64,000 bases of DNA from an uncultured Gemmatimonadales bacterium. GTDB lineage: Bacteria; Gemmatimonadota; Gemmatimonadetes; Gemmatimonadales; Gemmatimonadaceae. The stretch spans positions 1,728,001 through 1,792,000 of the forward strand of contig OY969695.1 of NCBI GenBank assembly GCA_963701965.1, read 5' to 3'. Position numbers and translations under genes: made by a program. Below are positions 42,350 to 53,210 of the stretch, one piece after another. Positions within the stretch are counted from its first letter, which is position 1, and every line of letters starts with the position of its first letter. The notes under the pieces were generated by a model. It ran no database searches and was not told the origin of the DNA. It worked only from the letters and a program-made list of their open reading frames with translations.

Positions 42350-42359
42350 ATAGGGGGGC

Positions 42360-42719
42360 ATGAAACTCCGCTCTGCTCTCGGTCTCGCGTCACTGGTCGT
42401 GTTCGCGGGCGCCGCGCAACCCGGTCCGACCAAACGGATCCCGCAATTCGAGAATGACCAGGTCAAGGTCTGGAAGTCGGTCGTCATGCCGAACGCGCCC
42501 TTGGCGCTGCACCGGCATGACCACCCGCGCGTCATCATCGCGCTCACCGGCGGCACGATGAAGATCGTCGCGCAGTCGGGGACGACCGAAGTGCATCAGT
42601 GGGACACGGGCAAGGCCTATTGGCTCCCGGCGAACGCGCCGGGCGAGTTGCACACGGATGTCAATGCCGGGACGGCGCCGATCGAAGTAATGGTCGTCGA
42701 GCTCCTGAACGCGAAGTAG
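42360..42719 (+). CDS. Secreted cupin protein
   Basis: Signal peptide; FENDQVKV, HRHDH, HTDVN. Confidence 0.8.
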   Translation: MKLRSALGLASLVVFAGAAQPGPTKRIPQFENDQVKVWKSVVMPNAPLALHRHDHPRVIIALTGGTMKIVAQSGTTEVHQWDTGKAYWLPANAPGELHTDVNAGTAPIEVMVVELLNAK

Positions 42720-42724
42720 CCACC

Positions 42725-43834
42725 ATGACCACTGGAGAACGAATCGTGCACTCGCGCAGGGAATTCGTGACGCGGGCCCCGTTTGGCATCCTCGGCGCGG
42801 TCGCCGCCTGTCGCGGCGCGGCCGAGGGTGCGGCCGAGCACTCGCCGGACGCCGCGCCGGGAGCGCCGGCGGCGGCCGCCGCAGGTGGCGTGCTCACGTG
42901 GACGCCCAAGCACGAGGAGCTCGTGTACACGTTCGGCGGGGCCAAGCCGCTGCAGCGCATCGCGCCCGGCACGCGCATCGTCACTTGGACGGAGGATTGC
43001 TTCGACGGCACGGTGAAGACGTCGGCCGATCTCCCGTCCAAAGTCATGCCGGCCGGTCACGACAATCCGCAGACCGGTCCGTTCTTCGTCGAAGGCGCGG
43101 CGCCGGGCGACACGCTGGCGATCCACATCGTCAAGCTGACGCCGGCGCGCGCGTATGGCGTGTCGTCGTTCTCGCCGGGCTTCGGCGCGCTCGTCGCCAC
43201 GGATCAGACGGCCATGCTGGGGCCCAGCTTTCCCGAGTCGACGTGGCGCTACGACGTAGACGCCGCAAAGAACACGGCGCGCTCGACGTCGCACGACGGC
43301 AAGCACGTCTGGGACGTGCCGCTGGCGCCCTTCCTCGGCTGCCTCGGCGTGGCGCCCGCGGCCAATGAAGTCCGCTCCACGATCGTGCCGGGCACGTTCG
43401 GCGGCAACATGGACTGCCCGGAGGTGCGCGCCGGCAACACGGTCTACCTCGGGGTCAACATGCCCGGAGGATTGGTGTCATTCGGCGACGGGCATTACGC
43501 GATGGGCGACGGCGAGATCATGGGCGCCGCCATCGAGGGCGCGATGAACGTCGAAGTGATCGTCGATCTCGTCAAGGGAAAGTACACCCCAATTCCCCGC
43601 ATCGAGAACGACGACGAAGTGATGTTCGTCGGCTCGGGCCGTCCCCTCGAAGACGCGGCCCGCGTCGCGTTCAAGGCGATGGTCTCGTGGGTTCACGAAA
43701 CCGCGGGCCTCTCCGAGCTCGACGCCTACCAGTTCGTGTCCCAGAACGCGAAGGCACCGATCATCCAGATCGTCGACCCGGAGTACACCGTCCTCGTCAA
43801 GCTCTTGAAGAAGCGGCTTCCCGTGCACGCGTAG
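42725..43834 (+). CDS. Acetamidase/formamidase family protein with Tat signal
   Basis: SRREFV; NPQTGPFFVEGA.PGD, GGNMDC, GDGH..MGDGE. Confidence 0.9.
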   Translation: MTTGERIVHSRREFVTRAPFGILGAVAACRGAAEGAAEHSPDAAPGAPAAAAAGGVLTWTPKHEELVYTFGGAKPLQRIAPGTRIVTWTEDCFDGTVKTSADLPSKVMPAGHDNPQTGPFFVEGAAPGDTLAIHIVKLTPARAYGVSSFSPGFGALVATDQTAMLGPSFPESTWRYDVDAAKNTARSTSHDGKHVWDVPLAPFLGCLGVAPAANEVRSTIVPGTFGGNMDCPEVRAGNTVYLGVNMPGGLVSFGDGHYAMGDGEIMGAAIEGAMNVEVIVDLVKGKYTPIPRIENDDEVMFVGSGRPLEDAARVAFKAMVSWVHETAGLSELDAYQFVSQNAKAPIIQIVDPEYTVLVKLLKKRLPVHA

Positions 43835-43944
43835 CTTGCCGCGGGTCAGCGCGGCAGTACGGCTCAGGCTGCGATTGGCCGATACCGGCGCATCAATGCG
43901 ATACAATTCTAGGGAGACGCTTTACATCTCCCCGGAGTGGTATC

Positions 43945-44454
43945 ATGGCCGACCAGATTCTCTCCCAATCGGCGTACACCGCGATCATTAACGCGCCGAT
44001 CGACACGGTGGACATCGCGAACTGGCTGCTGCACCTCCCGGCCGCCGAGTACCAGCGATGCTGCGCACCCGACCATATCGCGTGCGGCGCGACGGCGACT
44101 GAGGACGGGCGCCCGATGTCGATCAACGTCGAACAGATCGGCGACGCGCTCATGATCCAGCAGTACGTCGGCGAGATCACCGACAGCCGCCACTGCCGCA
44201 TGGTCTCGCAGTCCAATGCCATCACGGCCGATGGCCGCACCAAAGTGCAGGTCGTGTGGGACCTGAGCGTGAAACCCATCGACAGCGAGCACTGCGAGTA
44301 CACCAACAGCGTGGTGGCCACCGCGCCGTCCGACGTCCTGACGTTGGGACAAGCCGCCGCGGACCACAACCGGCGCGAGACCCCAATGTTCGCCAAGAGC
44401 ATCGAGCGCAGCGCCCTCGCCGCGCACGGCGCCGCCCGCATGTTGGCCGACTAA
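43945..44454 (+). CDS. Hypothetical protein (possibly SRPBCC-like)
   Basis: Intact 169-aa ORF with GC3-biased codons. Confidence 0.7.
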   Translation: MADQILSQSAYTAIINAPIDTVDIANWLLHLPAAEYQRCCAPDHIACGATATEDGRPMSINVEQIGDALMIQQYVGEITDSRHCRMVSQSNAITADGRTKVQVVWDLSVKPIDSEHCEYTNSVVATAPSDVLTLGQAAADHNRRETPMFAKSIERSALAAHGAARMLAD

Positions 44455-44486
44455 CGGAGCCCCTCTGCAACCCGGCGCCCGCCGGA

Positions 44487-45995
44487 TCAGACGAGGCCCG
44501 TCCGCGGCAGCCGGAGGGTGAACCGCGAACCGCCGCCGAGGACGCTCTCCACCGTCAGGTCCCCGTGCATGGCGCGAGACAACTCGCGGCTGATCGAGAG
44601 CCCGAGCCCGATGCCCTCTTGCGCGCGCGCCCGGCGCTGATCCACCTGGACGAACGGATCGAAGATCGCCTCCAGCTTGTCCGCCGGGATCCCCCGCCCC
44701 GTGTCGGCGACCGTCACGAACACATCGCGCCCGTCCGACGCGCAGGACAGCACGACCGCGCCGCCCGACGGCGTGAACTTGAACGCGTTGGACAGCAAGT
44801 TGAGCAAGATCTGCTGCACCTTGTCCGCGTCGGCGAGCGCCGTGAGCGCCGTGTCGCACGGATCGACGCGGAACGCCAGCCCGCGCTCGGTGGCCAGTCC
44901 CTCGACCATCTCGACGCACGCCGCGACCGCGCCAGCGACGTTGATGGCCTCGATATCGTACGTCACCATGCCCCGCTCCAGGCGCGCGAAGCTCAAGAGC
45001 GCGTTGATGAGCCCCGCCAACGTCACCTGACTGCGCCGGATCTTCTCCAGGTCCGCCAGCTGCGCATCGTTCATCGGCCCGCGAATGCCGAGCGCCAGCA
45101 ACTGCACGAACCCCGCGATGGCGTTGAGCGGCGTGCGGAGCTCGTGGCTCGCCACCGCCAGGAAGTCGCTCTTGGAGCGGTTCGCGGCCTCGGCGACCCG
45201 CCGCGCCGTATCGGCACGCTCCAGTAGCGTCTCCCGTTCGCGTTCACTCTGCCGGCGGGCCGTGATGTCGGTGAGCACGCACACGACCGGAGTGCCCGGG
45301 AGTCCCACGTCCCGCTCCAGGCGACTGGCGGTCACCGAGTACCACCGCCCGCCGATCGGGAGCTCCACGCGCCCGGGAGGAGCCGCCGCGATCAGCACCA
45401 TGAGGCCATCGCTCTCCGTGCCCGCGAGCCCGGCCGCCTCCCACGCCTCGCGGAGCGTGTGCCCGACGACATCGCGCGGCTCGCGTCCCAGGAGCCGACC
45501 CGCTGCCCGGTTGCAGCGGCGGATCGTTCCGTCGTCTTCCACGATCATGATCGCATCGCCGATCGTATCGAACGTCACCACCCACTCGCGCGCGGCGCGC
45601 CGAGTTTGCTGTTCGGCCTCGCCAGTCCGCAACAACGCCCGCGCCGTCGCCAGGAATACGATCGGCTCGACCGGATGTGTCATGTAGGCGTCGGCCCCCG
45701 ACTCGAGACCGTGGGTCTGATCGGAGGCCCCGGTCAGGGACGCCGACACGTGCATCATGGGGATCGACGCCGTCGTCACGTCACGCCGGAGCGTGCGTAC
45801 CACGTCGAACCCCAGCATGTCGGGGAGATTGACGTCGATCACGATCAGGTCCGGGTACTCCGCCGCGAGGCGCAGCGCGTCCTGACCAGCGTCGGCCTCC
45901 ACGACCTCCATGCCCGCATTGCGCAGCAGCCAGACGATGACATGGCGGCTGGCCTCGTCGTCTCCGACGACCAGGATATGCGGTACCCGGGCCAC
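44487..45995 (-). CDS. Hybrid sensor kinase REC-PAS-HisKA-HATPase
   Basis: REC DLIVIDVNLPD; PAS; SHELRTPLN; NLLSNAFKF; DTGRG; GIGLGL. Start codon uncertain. Confidence 0.9.
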   Translation of the reverse strand: MARVPHILVVGDDEASRHVIVWLLRNAGMEVVEADAGQDALRLAAEYPDLIVIDVNLPDMLGFDVVRTLRRDVTTASIPMMHVSASLTGASDQTHGLESGADAYMTHPVEPIVFLATARALLRTGEAEQQTRRAAREWVVTFDTIGDAIMIVEDDGTIRRCNRAAGRLLGREPRDVVGHTLREAWEAAGLAGTESDGLMVLIAAAPPGRVELPIGGRWYSVTASRLERDVGLPGTPVVCVLTDITARRQSERERETLLERADTARRVAEAANRSKSDFLAVASHELRTPLNAIAGFVQLLALGIRGPMNDAQLADLEKIRRSQVTLAGLINALLSFARLERGMVTYDIEAINVAGAVAACVEMVEGLATERGLAFRVDPCDTALTALADADKVQQILLNLLSNAFKFTPSGGAVVLSCASDGRDVFVTVADTGRGIPADKLEAIFDPFVQVDQRRARAQEGIGLGLSISRELSRAMHGDLTVESVLGGGSRFTLRLPRTGLV

Positions 45996-46221
45996 GGTCC
46001 CAACAGTCAGCAAGATGGGCGCCGCCTGATCGCAACCCGTCGCGCAACCGAACATCCCGTCCGGGAAACGAACACCCGTCACACTGCAATTGGTTGACAA
46101 TCAGCTACTTACGCCCGGAACGGCGCTGGCATGTTGGATTCCCGCGCGATGCGCGCCCAGTGAGGGTCCGGCGCGCTCCGCTGGACTGGGATTTGCGCGC
46201 ACTCGCCGTCATGTTGGTGCC

Positions 46222-46905
46222 ATGACCAGTCTGTTCGCGATCGTCGCGCTCGGCTTCATCCTGGGGCTTCGCCACGCGACGGACCCGGACCACGTGATCG
46301 CCGTGACGACGATCGTCGCCCGCCAGCGCACGCTGGCCGGGGCGGCGGCGATCGGGGCGGCGTGGGGCGTTGGCCACACGCTGACGATGCTCGTGGTCGG
46401 CGGCGGGATCATCATCTTCGGATGGGTGATCCCGCCCCGCATTGGGTTGTCGACCGAGCTGTCGGTTGGCGTGATGCTGATCGTGCTCGGGATCATGAAC
46501 CTGGCGGGGCGCCGGGACTCCGACCATGCGTTCGTGCATCGGCTGGATCACCGGTTCGGCGCGTTCGGTCCGTATCGCCTCGTGCGCCCGCTGTTCGTGG
46601 GCATCGTGCATGGCCTCGCCGGCTCGGCGGCCATCGCCTTGCTGGTGCTGGCGACGATCCAGAACCCGTACTGGGCCGTGGGCTACCTGATGATCTTCGG
46701 GCTGGGGACGATCGTGGGGATGATGGCGATGACGGCGGCGATCGTGGTGCCGTTCGCCTATACCGAATCCCGGCTCGACCGCCTCAACCGCGGGCTCCGC
46801 CTGACATCCGGCGTCATCAGCCTGACGTTTGGTTTGTTCGTGGCCTATCGCATTGGGATCGTCGACGGCCTGTTCACGGGCACGCCGCACTGGACGCCGC
46901 AGTAG
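46222..46905 (+). CDS. High-affinity nickel/cobalt transporter (NiCoT/UreH-like)
   Basis: [28 protein letters not shown]. Confidence 0.88.
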   Translation: MTSLFAIVALGFILGLRHATDPDHVIAVTTIVARQRTLAGAAAIGAAWGVGHTLTMLVVGGGIIIFGWVIPPRIGLSTELSVGVMLIVLGIMNLAGRRDSDHAFVHRLDHRFGAFGPYRLVRPLFVGIVHGLAGSAAIALLVLATIQNPYWAVGYLMIFGLGTIVGMMAMTAAIVVPFAYTESRLDRLNRGLRLTSGVISLTFGLFVAYRIGIVDGLFTGTPHWTPQ

Positions 46906-46934
46906 ATTTCAGTGGGACCTCGCAGGGGAGCGAC

Positions 46935-47447
46935 ATGACGGAACGGGCGATTCTGGCGGGCGGGTGTTTTTGGGGCGTACAGGATTTGATCCGCCGCTTG
47001 CCGGGCGTGATCTCCACGCGCGTGGGCTATTCGGGTGGCAATGTGCCGAACGCCACGTACCGGAACCACGGAACCCACGCCGAAGCCATCGAGATCATCT
47101 TCGATCCCGCCAAGATCAGCTATCGCCGGCTGCTGGAGTTCTTTTTCCAGATCCATGATCCGACCACCCGCAATCGTCAGGGCAACGATCTGGGTCTGAG
47201 CTACCGGTCCGCGATCTTCTATACGACGGACGAGCAAAAGGCGATCGCCGAAGACACCATCGCCGACGTCAACGCCTCGGGGTTGTGGCCGGGCAAGGTC
47301 GTCACCCAGGTCGCGCCGGCCGGCGCGTTCTGGGAGGCCGAGCCGGAGCATCAGGATTATTTGGAGCGCTACCCGGACGGGTACACCTGCCATTTCATCC
47401 GGCCGGACTGGGTGCTTCCCGCGCGCGCGACCGCGAGGCAAGCCTAG
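46935..47447 (+). CDS. msrA: Peptide-methionine (S)-S-oxide reductase
   Basis: [32 protein letters not shown]. Confidence 0.97.
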   Translation: MTERAILAGGCFWGVQDLIRRLPGVISTRVGYSGGNVPNATYRNHGTHAEAIEIIFDPAKISYRRLLEFFFQIHDPTTRNRQGNDLGLSYRSAIFYTTDEQKAIAEDTIADVNASGLWPGKVVTQVAPAGAFWEAEPEHQDYLERYPDGYTCHFIRPDWVLPARATARQA

Positions 47448-47474
47448 CCACCCAGCCGGGCGGTAGGACTTTGG

Positions 47475-47881
47475 CACGCAATGCGTGCGAGGGACCGGAC
47501 CGCGCCATCTTCCTCGCCAGCACGTTGTACCTCGCGTTGGCGGAACCGGGCCACCCCATTGGTGACGCCATTCGCACTTACAACTACGCGCAGGATGGCC
47601 AGATCGTGGGCGAGCGGGCGCTGTTCGACCAGATCACGACACTCGACCCACAGCGACTCCAAGGCACGTTCAATGTGCCGGTCTTCGTGATCCAGGGCGC
47701 GCAAGATTGCACGACCCCCACCGACCTGGCCAAGCAGTGGGTGGCTTCGATATCGGCGCCACGCAAAGAGTTCTTGACCATTCCGGGCGAGGGGCATTTC
47801 GCGGCGTTCATCAAGTCGGATGAATTCCTCAAAGACCTCATCGAGCGCGTGCGTCCGCTGGCGGTCGCCAAGACACCATAA
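47475..47881 (+). pseudogene. C-terminal remnant of an alpha/beta hydrolase (proline iminopeptidase-like)
   Basis: VPVFVIQGAQD and GEGHF present; N-terminal half with the nucleophile Ser absent; left boundary approximate. Confidence 0.7.
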
Positions 47882-47950
47882 CGCGCTCCGGAGCCCGGGC
47901 GTCGCCAAAACGTTGCTATCTTTGCAGCAGCTCACCATCTGATCGAGTCA

Positions 47951-48487
47951 ATGCACATCCCCCGGTTACCTGTATTTCGTGTCACCATCGCCGTTATAGT
48001 CGCCGCGGCACCCGCGCGTGGTCAGCAGATGACGGCGCCGGCCTGGGGCGCGCTCACTCGGCTGGTGGGCACTTGGGTCGCGGATAGCGGCAGCGGTGGG
48101 AAGCCCGGCGTTGCCATCCGCGGCGGCGAAGCATGGTCCCGCGATCTCGATGGACGGGTGCTCGTCCGGCGCGACTATTCGGAATATGCCGCGACGCCGG
48201 CCCGGGCGGCGTTCCGGCATGAAGGACTCACCGTGATCTCGCCGGCGCCCGATGGGGGGATGGTCGCTCACACGTACGATTCCGAGGGACACGTGATCGA
48301 CTACGTCGTCGCCGTGACCGATACCGTGATTGTCTTCACGTCACCGCCAACCGCTTCCACACCGCAGTTTCGTCTCACCTATAGGCCACGCGGTACTGGC
48401 TACGCCGTGACGTTCGAGATTGCGCCGCCGGGTCGCGCCGGGCAGTTCCAACGATACGTCGCGGGGAGCCTGCGCCGAGCACCGTAG
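47951..48487 (+). CDS. Secreted hypothetical protein (beta-barrel-like)
   Basis: Signal peptide; LVGTW, YDSEGHVIDY, FRLTY, FEIAPP. Confidence 0.7.
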   Translation: MHIPRLPVFRVTIAVIVAAAPARGQQMTAPAWGALTRLVGTWVADSGSGGKPGVAIRGGEAWSRDLDGRVLVRRDYSEYAATPARAAFRHEGLTVISPAPDGGMVAHTYDSEGHVIDYVVAVTDTVIVFTSPPTASTPQFRLTYRPRGTGYAVTFEIAPPGRAGQFQRYVAGSLRRAP

Positions 48488-48546
48488 TCGGCGAAGGAGT
48501 CACTCATGCAGTTCAGACACCGGTCGATCCGCGTCGCCGTAGGTGT

Positions 48547-49101
48547 CTACCGCACGATGAACGGAGTCAGGCCACCAACTGATTCGTCGATCAACGGGAT
48601 GCTCTTGATCACTTCCTTCACCGCCTCCTCGGGAAAGCCCGATTCGAGCGTGAACTGGTAGCCCGCGAATGCGTCCCGATTGTCGTCGAGCCCCCAGAAG
48701 AAGAAGTTGTGGTACGAGAACCGCAGCATCTGCTGCATCAACCCGTTCGGGTCGTGGACCCGGTTCAGATTGATGTGATGCCCATAGTACTGGGGGTACA
48801 CGCGCAACCAGATCGTCGCCTGACGCGTGACGGTAATGTAAATCTCCAAGCGCGACGACCAACGGAGCCCCTTGTCGTAGAAGCCGTCGAGGTCGAACGC
48901 ATTGCTCGCCCGATACCAGCGAATTGCCTGCGCTGGTTCGTAAGTGGCGATCACCGCCTTGAGTTTGTCCAACGTAGCGGCCTGCGCCGAATCCGCGGCG
49001 GACTGAGCAGCGACCGGCTGGAGCCCGCTCCCGGCGAGGGCAAGGGCGCATCCGTACCAGATCACGTTGGCTCGGGCCAGACCAACTATATCGGCCAGCA
49101 C
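48547..49101 (-). CDS. Secreted hypothetical protein (possibly YbjN/CesT-like fold)
   Basis: Signal ending VAAQ; aromatic-rich domain; start uncertain. Confidence 0.6.
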   Translation of the reverse strand: MLADIVGLARANVIWYGCALALAGSGLQPVAAQSAADSAQAATLDKLKAVIATYEPAQAIRWYRASNAFDLDGFYDKGLRWSSRLEIYITVTRQATIWLRVYPQYYGHHINLNRVHDPNGLMQQMLRFSYHNFFFWGLDDNRDAFAGYQFTLESGFPEEAVKEVIKSIPLIDESVGGLTPFIVR

Positions 49102-49239
49102 TGTATGACCGTCGTCGCTAGGGTGAGCGTTTGATATCCCAGCCGTATGACGACCGTAAGACGTGAACCGCTACGGCACCCGACGTGCAGCCATGTCCGT
49201 GTCCTGCCTCTACACTCGTCGAGAATGCGAGAACCCACA

Positions 49240-50848
49240 ATGCCCCGACGCATCGCCGCCGCGATAGCTACCGCGTTGTTTATCACCGCTGCAGCCCCGA
49301 CTACACCCGTACCGCTCTACGACAACCTCGGCGATCACCACTACGCGATCACCACATCGTCGGACAGCGCACAACTGTACTTCGATCAGGGCCTGCGCCT
49401 GTACTACGCCTTCAATCACGCCGAGGCGATCCGGGCCTTCACCGAGGCGGCCCGTCGGGACCCCGACTGCGCGATGTGTTATTGGGGCACGGCGCTCGCC
49501 TACGGTCCCAACATCAACGCCATGATGGACTCGGCGAGTGGAGCCAAAGCATACGCCGCCCTGACGCGCGCCCGCGCCGCGCGCGGCGCCAACGCGCGCG
49601 AGCGCGCGCTCATTCGCGCACTGGGCGAGCGCTACGCCGCGGCGCCGACGACCGGTCGGGCCAGGCTCGATTCCGCGTACGCCAGAGCGATGAAGCAGGT
49701 GACGGAGCGCCACCCCACGGATGTGGAGGCCATGACGCTCTATGCGGAAGCGTTAATGGACCTGAGCCCCTGGAACTACTGGAGGCCGGACGGCTCCCCA
49801 CGCCCGCACACGCCCGATGTGCTCGAGCATCTCGATCGGGCGATCGCCATCGACCCTGTCCATCCCGGCGCCAACCATTTCTACATCCACGCCGTGGAAG
49901 CCGTCGACCCCGCACGCGCCCTGCCGATGGCCCAGCGGCTGGCGGGACTCATGCCCGGTGCCGGCCACCTCGTGCACATGCCGGGACACATCTACGTACG
50001 GGTCGGCCGATATCTCGATGCCGTCAAAGCCAACGAGCACGCCGTGCACGCCGACGAGACCTACATCCGCGACCAACAGCCGGGTGTCAGCACCTACACC
50101 GCCGGCTACTACCCGCACAATTACGACTTCCTCGCGTTCGCGGCGAGCATGCTCGGACGCAGCAGGCAATCGATCGAGGCCGCCGAGAAGATGGCGTCCC
50201 TCGCGTCACCGGAGATGCTGCGTGCGCCGGGCATGACGGTCCTGCAGTATCATCTCACGCGGCATCTCCAGCTCAAGGTCCGGTTCGCCCGCTGGGACGA
50301 CATCCTCGCGACCCGCCCGCCGCCCCGCGATCTGCCTCATGCCAGCGCCATGTGGGCCTACACGCGCGGGCGGGCGTTGATCGCCCGTGGCGATATCGCG
50401 AGCGCCGAGGCCGAACTGGCCCATCTCCGCGCCACGGCCCGCGATTCCACGGTCGGCCACCTGCGCCTCGAGTTCAACACATTGGGCGCCGTCTTGGCGA
50501 TCGCGGCCGAGGTGCTCGCGGGTCATTCTGGCGATGGCCAAGGGGGACCCCAAGCGCGCCATCAATCACCTGCGCGCGGCCGCCGGCCTCGAGGACGCAC
50601 TCGTGTACGGCGAGCCGCCCGAGTGGACGGTGCCAGTGCGACAGGACCTCGGGGTGCTCCTGCTCGCGGCCGGTCAATTCGCCGCCGCCGAGCAAGCGTT
50701 TCGCGAAGACTTGAGGCGCTTCCCCGAAAATGGCTGGTCGCTCTCGGGGCTCGCCAAGAGTCTCCGCGCGCAAGGGAAGGCCGCCGAGGCCCACGCGGTC
50801 GAGGAGCGTTTCCGGCAGGCGTGGGTCCACTCCGACACGCAAATCTGA
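49240..50848 (+). CDS. Secreted TPR-repeat protein, frameshift at ~50527
   Basis: YFDQGL..YAFNH.EA, HPGANHFYIH, HLVHMPGHIY, ENGWSL across two frames. Confidence 0.85.
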
Positions 50849-50854
50849 TACGTC

Positions 50855-51751
50855 TTATCCCACGGACGCCGGCTCGGCGGTGTCCGGCGTCGGGCTGGCG
50901 AGTCCCGCGATGACACGCACGTGGTCGGTCCGGCCCTTGATCGCCTGACGCCCGCCGTCCGGAAAGTCGATCCAGCCTTCGTTGAACCCATCGAGCATCC
51001 GCATACGAGGCTCGGGATTCTTCATGCCTTGCGAGCGAAACAGCGCGTTCCATGACTCGCGGGGCACCGGCACCGCCTGCACCGGTCGACCAAGGACGTT
51101 GGCGAATGCATTGGCCAGGTCGTTCGGCGAGACGCGACGCGGCCCCTCGAGCTCGACCACCCGTGTCCCCACCCACGTCTCCTGGATGAGCTCCGCGGCC
51201 ACCCGTCCGACGTCATCCGCGGCGACCATCGGAACCGCCCGGTTCGTTGGCATGAGGAAGCTGTAGATCACGCCGGTGTCGCGGGCCGATGCCACGTCCC
51301 ACGCGACGTTGTCGATGAACCAGGCGGGTCTCAATATCGTGAGCGGCAGCGGCAGCTTGCCCAAAGCGGCCTCGATCATCGTGCGCTGGGAGAGCAGGTT
51401 GTCGTGGACCGCGTCGGCGCCGATCGTCGACAGCAGGAGCACCTTCTTGGGACTGGTGGCCGTCAGCGCCTCGACGACGCTATCGATGACCGCCTGCGCC
51501 TCCGGATACCCCGGCGCGGGGTCGAACTCGGGCGGCGGCAGGATGAACACCGCCGTCGCGTCCGCGAACGCGGCGGTCAGCGCCGCTGCGTCGGCCATGT
51601 CGGCGACGGCGACCGCGCAGCCGCGCGCGGCCCAGACGTCGCCTTTCGGCCCGTCACGCACGATGGCGCGGACGGGCTGGCCCGCCGCCAGCAGCGTCCG
51701 CGCGAGCGCGCCGCCGACCTTGCCTGAGATTCCGGTGATGGCAAATGTCAT
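50855..51751 (-). CDS. NmrA-family NAD(P)-binding protein
   Basis: ITGISGKVG, LRPAWF, VELEGP. Confidence 0.9.
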   Translation of the reverse strand: MTFAITGISGKVGGALARTLLAAGQPVRAIVRDGPKGDVWAARGCAVAVADMADAAALTAAFADATAVFILPPPEFDPAPGYPEAQAVIDSVVEALTATSPKKVLLLSTIGADAVHDNLLSQRTMIEAALGKLPLPLTILRPAWFIDNVAWDVASARDTGVIYSFLMPTNRAVPMVAADDVGRVAAELIQETWVGTRVVELEGPRRVSPNDLANAFANVLGRPVQAVPVPRESWNALFRSQGMKNPEPRMRMLDGFNEGWIDFPDGGRQAIKGRTDHVRVIAGLASPTPDTAEPASVG

Positions 51752-51805
51752 GACCGGCAGTCTAACCAGACTTGATGTATAAGCAAAATGCATTATTGCT
51801 ATACT

Positions 51806-52717
51806 ATGTATAACCTGAACGATATACGCCCATTATGTGTCTTACTCGAAGAGCGACACGTCTCGCGCGCCGCGGCGCGCTGCCACATGACCCAGCCCGC
51901 CATGAGCCGCGTCCTTGATCGCTTGCGCATCACCTTCGACGACGAGTTGCTCGTGCGCAGCGGTCGCACCTACGAGCGCACGCCGCGCGCCGAGCGGCTG
52001 CTGGCCGAGCTCCGCGACATTGTGGATCGGTTGGACGCTACGGTCGCCGGTGATCGGTTCGTCCCGGAGCAATGCGAGACCACGTTCCGCGTCTCGACCA
52101 CGGACTACGCGAGCGTCATCTTCCTGCCCCGCCTCCTGCGCGCCCTGGAACGACTCGCGCCCCGCACCGCGGTCGACGTGGCGATGTGGGACCAGCACAG
52201 CCTCGACGACGTCGCCGCGGGACGGATCGACGCGGCAATAACCAGCGTCACGAATCCCCAGTCGGCCCTGATCAGCGAACGCCTGTTCGACGACGATTAC
52301 GTGTGCATGGTCGCGGTCAATCATCCGCTCTCGGCGCGGCGCGTCGACCTCGGGTCGTATCTGGCATTCCGCCACGCCGTGGTGGACGTCATCCGCGGCG
52401 GACAACCGCCGGCGGACGAGCCCCTCGCCGCGCTCGGACGCCGCCGCCGCGTCGGATATCGCACGCCGTTCCTCGGCTCCGCCGTATTCGCGGTGGCCCG
52501 CACGTCGATGATCCTGACGGTGCCGCGCCGGTTGGCGGCGAGCTACGTCGGCAAGGTGCCCGTCCGGGTCGTCGCCGCCCCGCGCGAGCTGGCGACGTTC
52601 ACGTACTCGCTCGTCTGGCACAAACGCTTCGACGCATCGCTCCCCCACGTGTGGTTTCGGGAACGCATTCGATTGCTGGCTCGAGACGTGAGCCGCCCGC
52701 GAGCACGGCGCGCGTGA
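51806..52717 (+). CDS. LysR family regulator, divergent from the NmrA gene
   Basis: HTH VSRAA...TQPAMSRVL.RLR..F.DEL; AT-rich intergenic region 51752-51805. Confidence 0.93.
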   Translation: MYNLNDIRPLCVLLEERHVSRAAARCHMTQPAMSRVLDRLRITFDDELLVRSGRTYERTPRAERLLAELRDIVDRLDATVAGDRFVPEQCETTFRVSTTDYASVIFLPRLLRALERLAPRTAVDVAMWDQHSLDDVAAGRIDAAITSVTNPQSALISERLFDDDYVCMVAVNHPLSARRVDLGSYLAFRHAVVDVIRGGQPPADEPLAALGRRRRVGYRTPFLGSAVFAVARTSMILTVPRRLAASYVGKVPVRVVAAPRELATFTYSLVWHKRFDASLPHVWFRERIRLLARDVSRPRARRA

Positions 52718-52769
52718 GCTCCCTCACCCCATCAGGATGGCGGGTGATGGGATTCGCAGAGCGCCGCTC

Positions 52770-52895
52770 CCCACAAGGCGCAGTAGATCCCATAAGCCAC
52801 ACGCGACACTGTTGATGATGCGGTGCCAGTTCTCGGTGTAGCCGAACACCCACGGGGAGATCAGGATCCAGCAGCCGACAAACCCGAGGAGTAGT
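52770..52895 (-). pseudogene. SPW-repeat membrane protein remnant
   Basis: Minus-strand translation LLLGFVGCWILISPWVFGYTENWHRIINS; no start codon; boundaries approximate. Confidence 0.6.
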
Positions 52896-52904
52896 CGAGT
52901 GCGC

Positions 52905-53081
52905 TTAGGCGCGGACGAGCTCGCCGTTGCTCTCGACCATACAGGTGTCGCAGCTCTGGATCGGGCCGAGCTGCGGATGGTAGCACACGTGGGGGACCGG
53001 AATCCCGACGCGGTTGATTAGATCGATGAGCCGCTCGCCTGCGACGGCGTCATGGACGATCCCGTCGATCGTGACGTTCAC
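52905..53081 (-). pseudogene. N-terminal 2Fe-2S remnant of a formate dehydrogenase alpha-like molybdopterin oxidoreductase
   Basis: VTIDG...PHVCYHPQLGPIQSCDTCMVE.NGELVRA*; RBS retained; stop replaces the fourth Cys. Confidence 0.8.
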
Positions 53082-53210
53082 CGTATCCGTCTCTCCGGGA
53101 AATGGGGACGCGCGGGGGACCCGTCGCACAATTTGCGCCACGCCGCGCCCACGGGGCCCTCCCCCATTTGGCGAACTGGCATCCGCGATGCGCGCCCCCA
53201 TCTTGAACTC

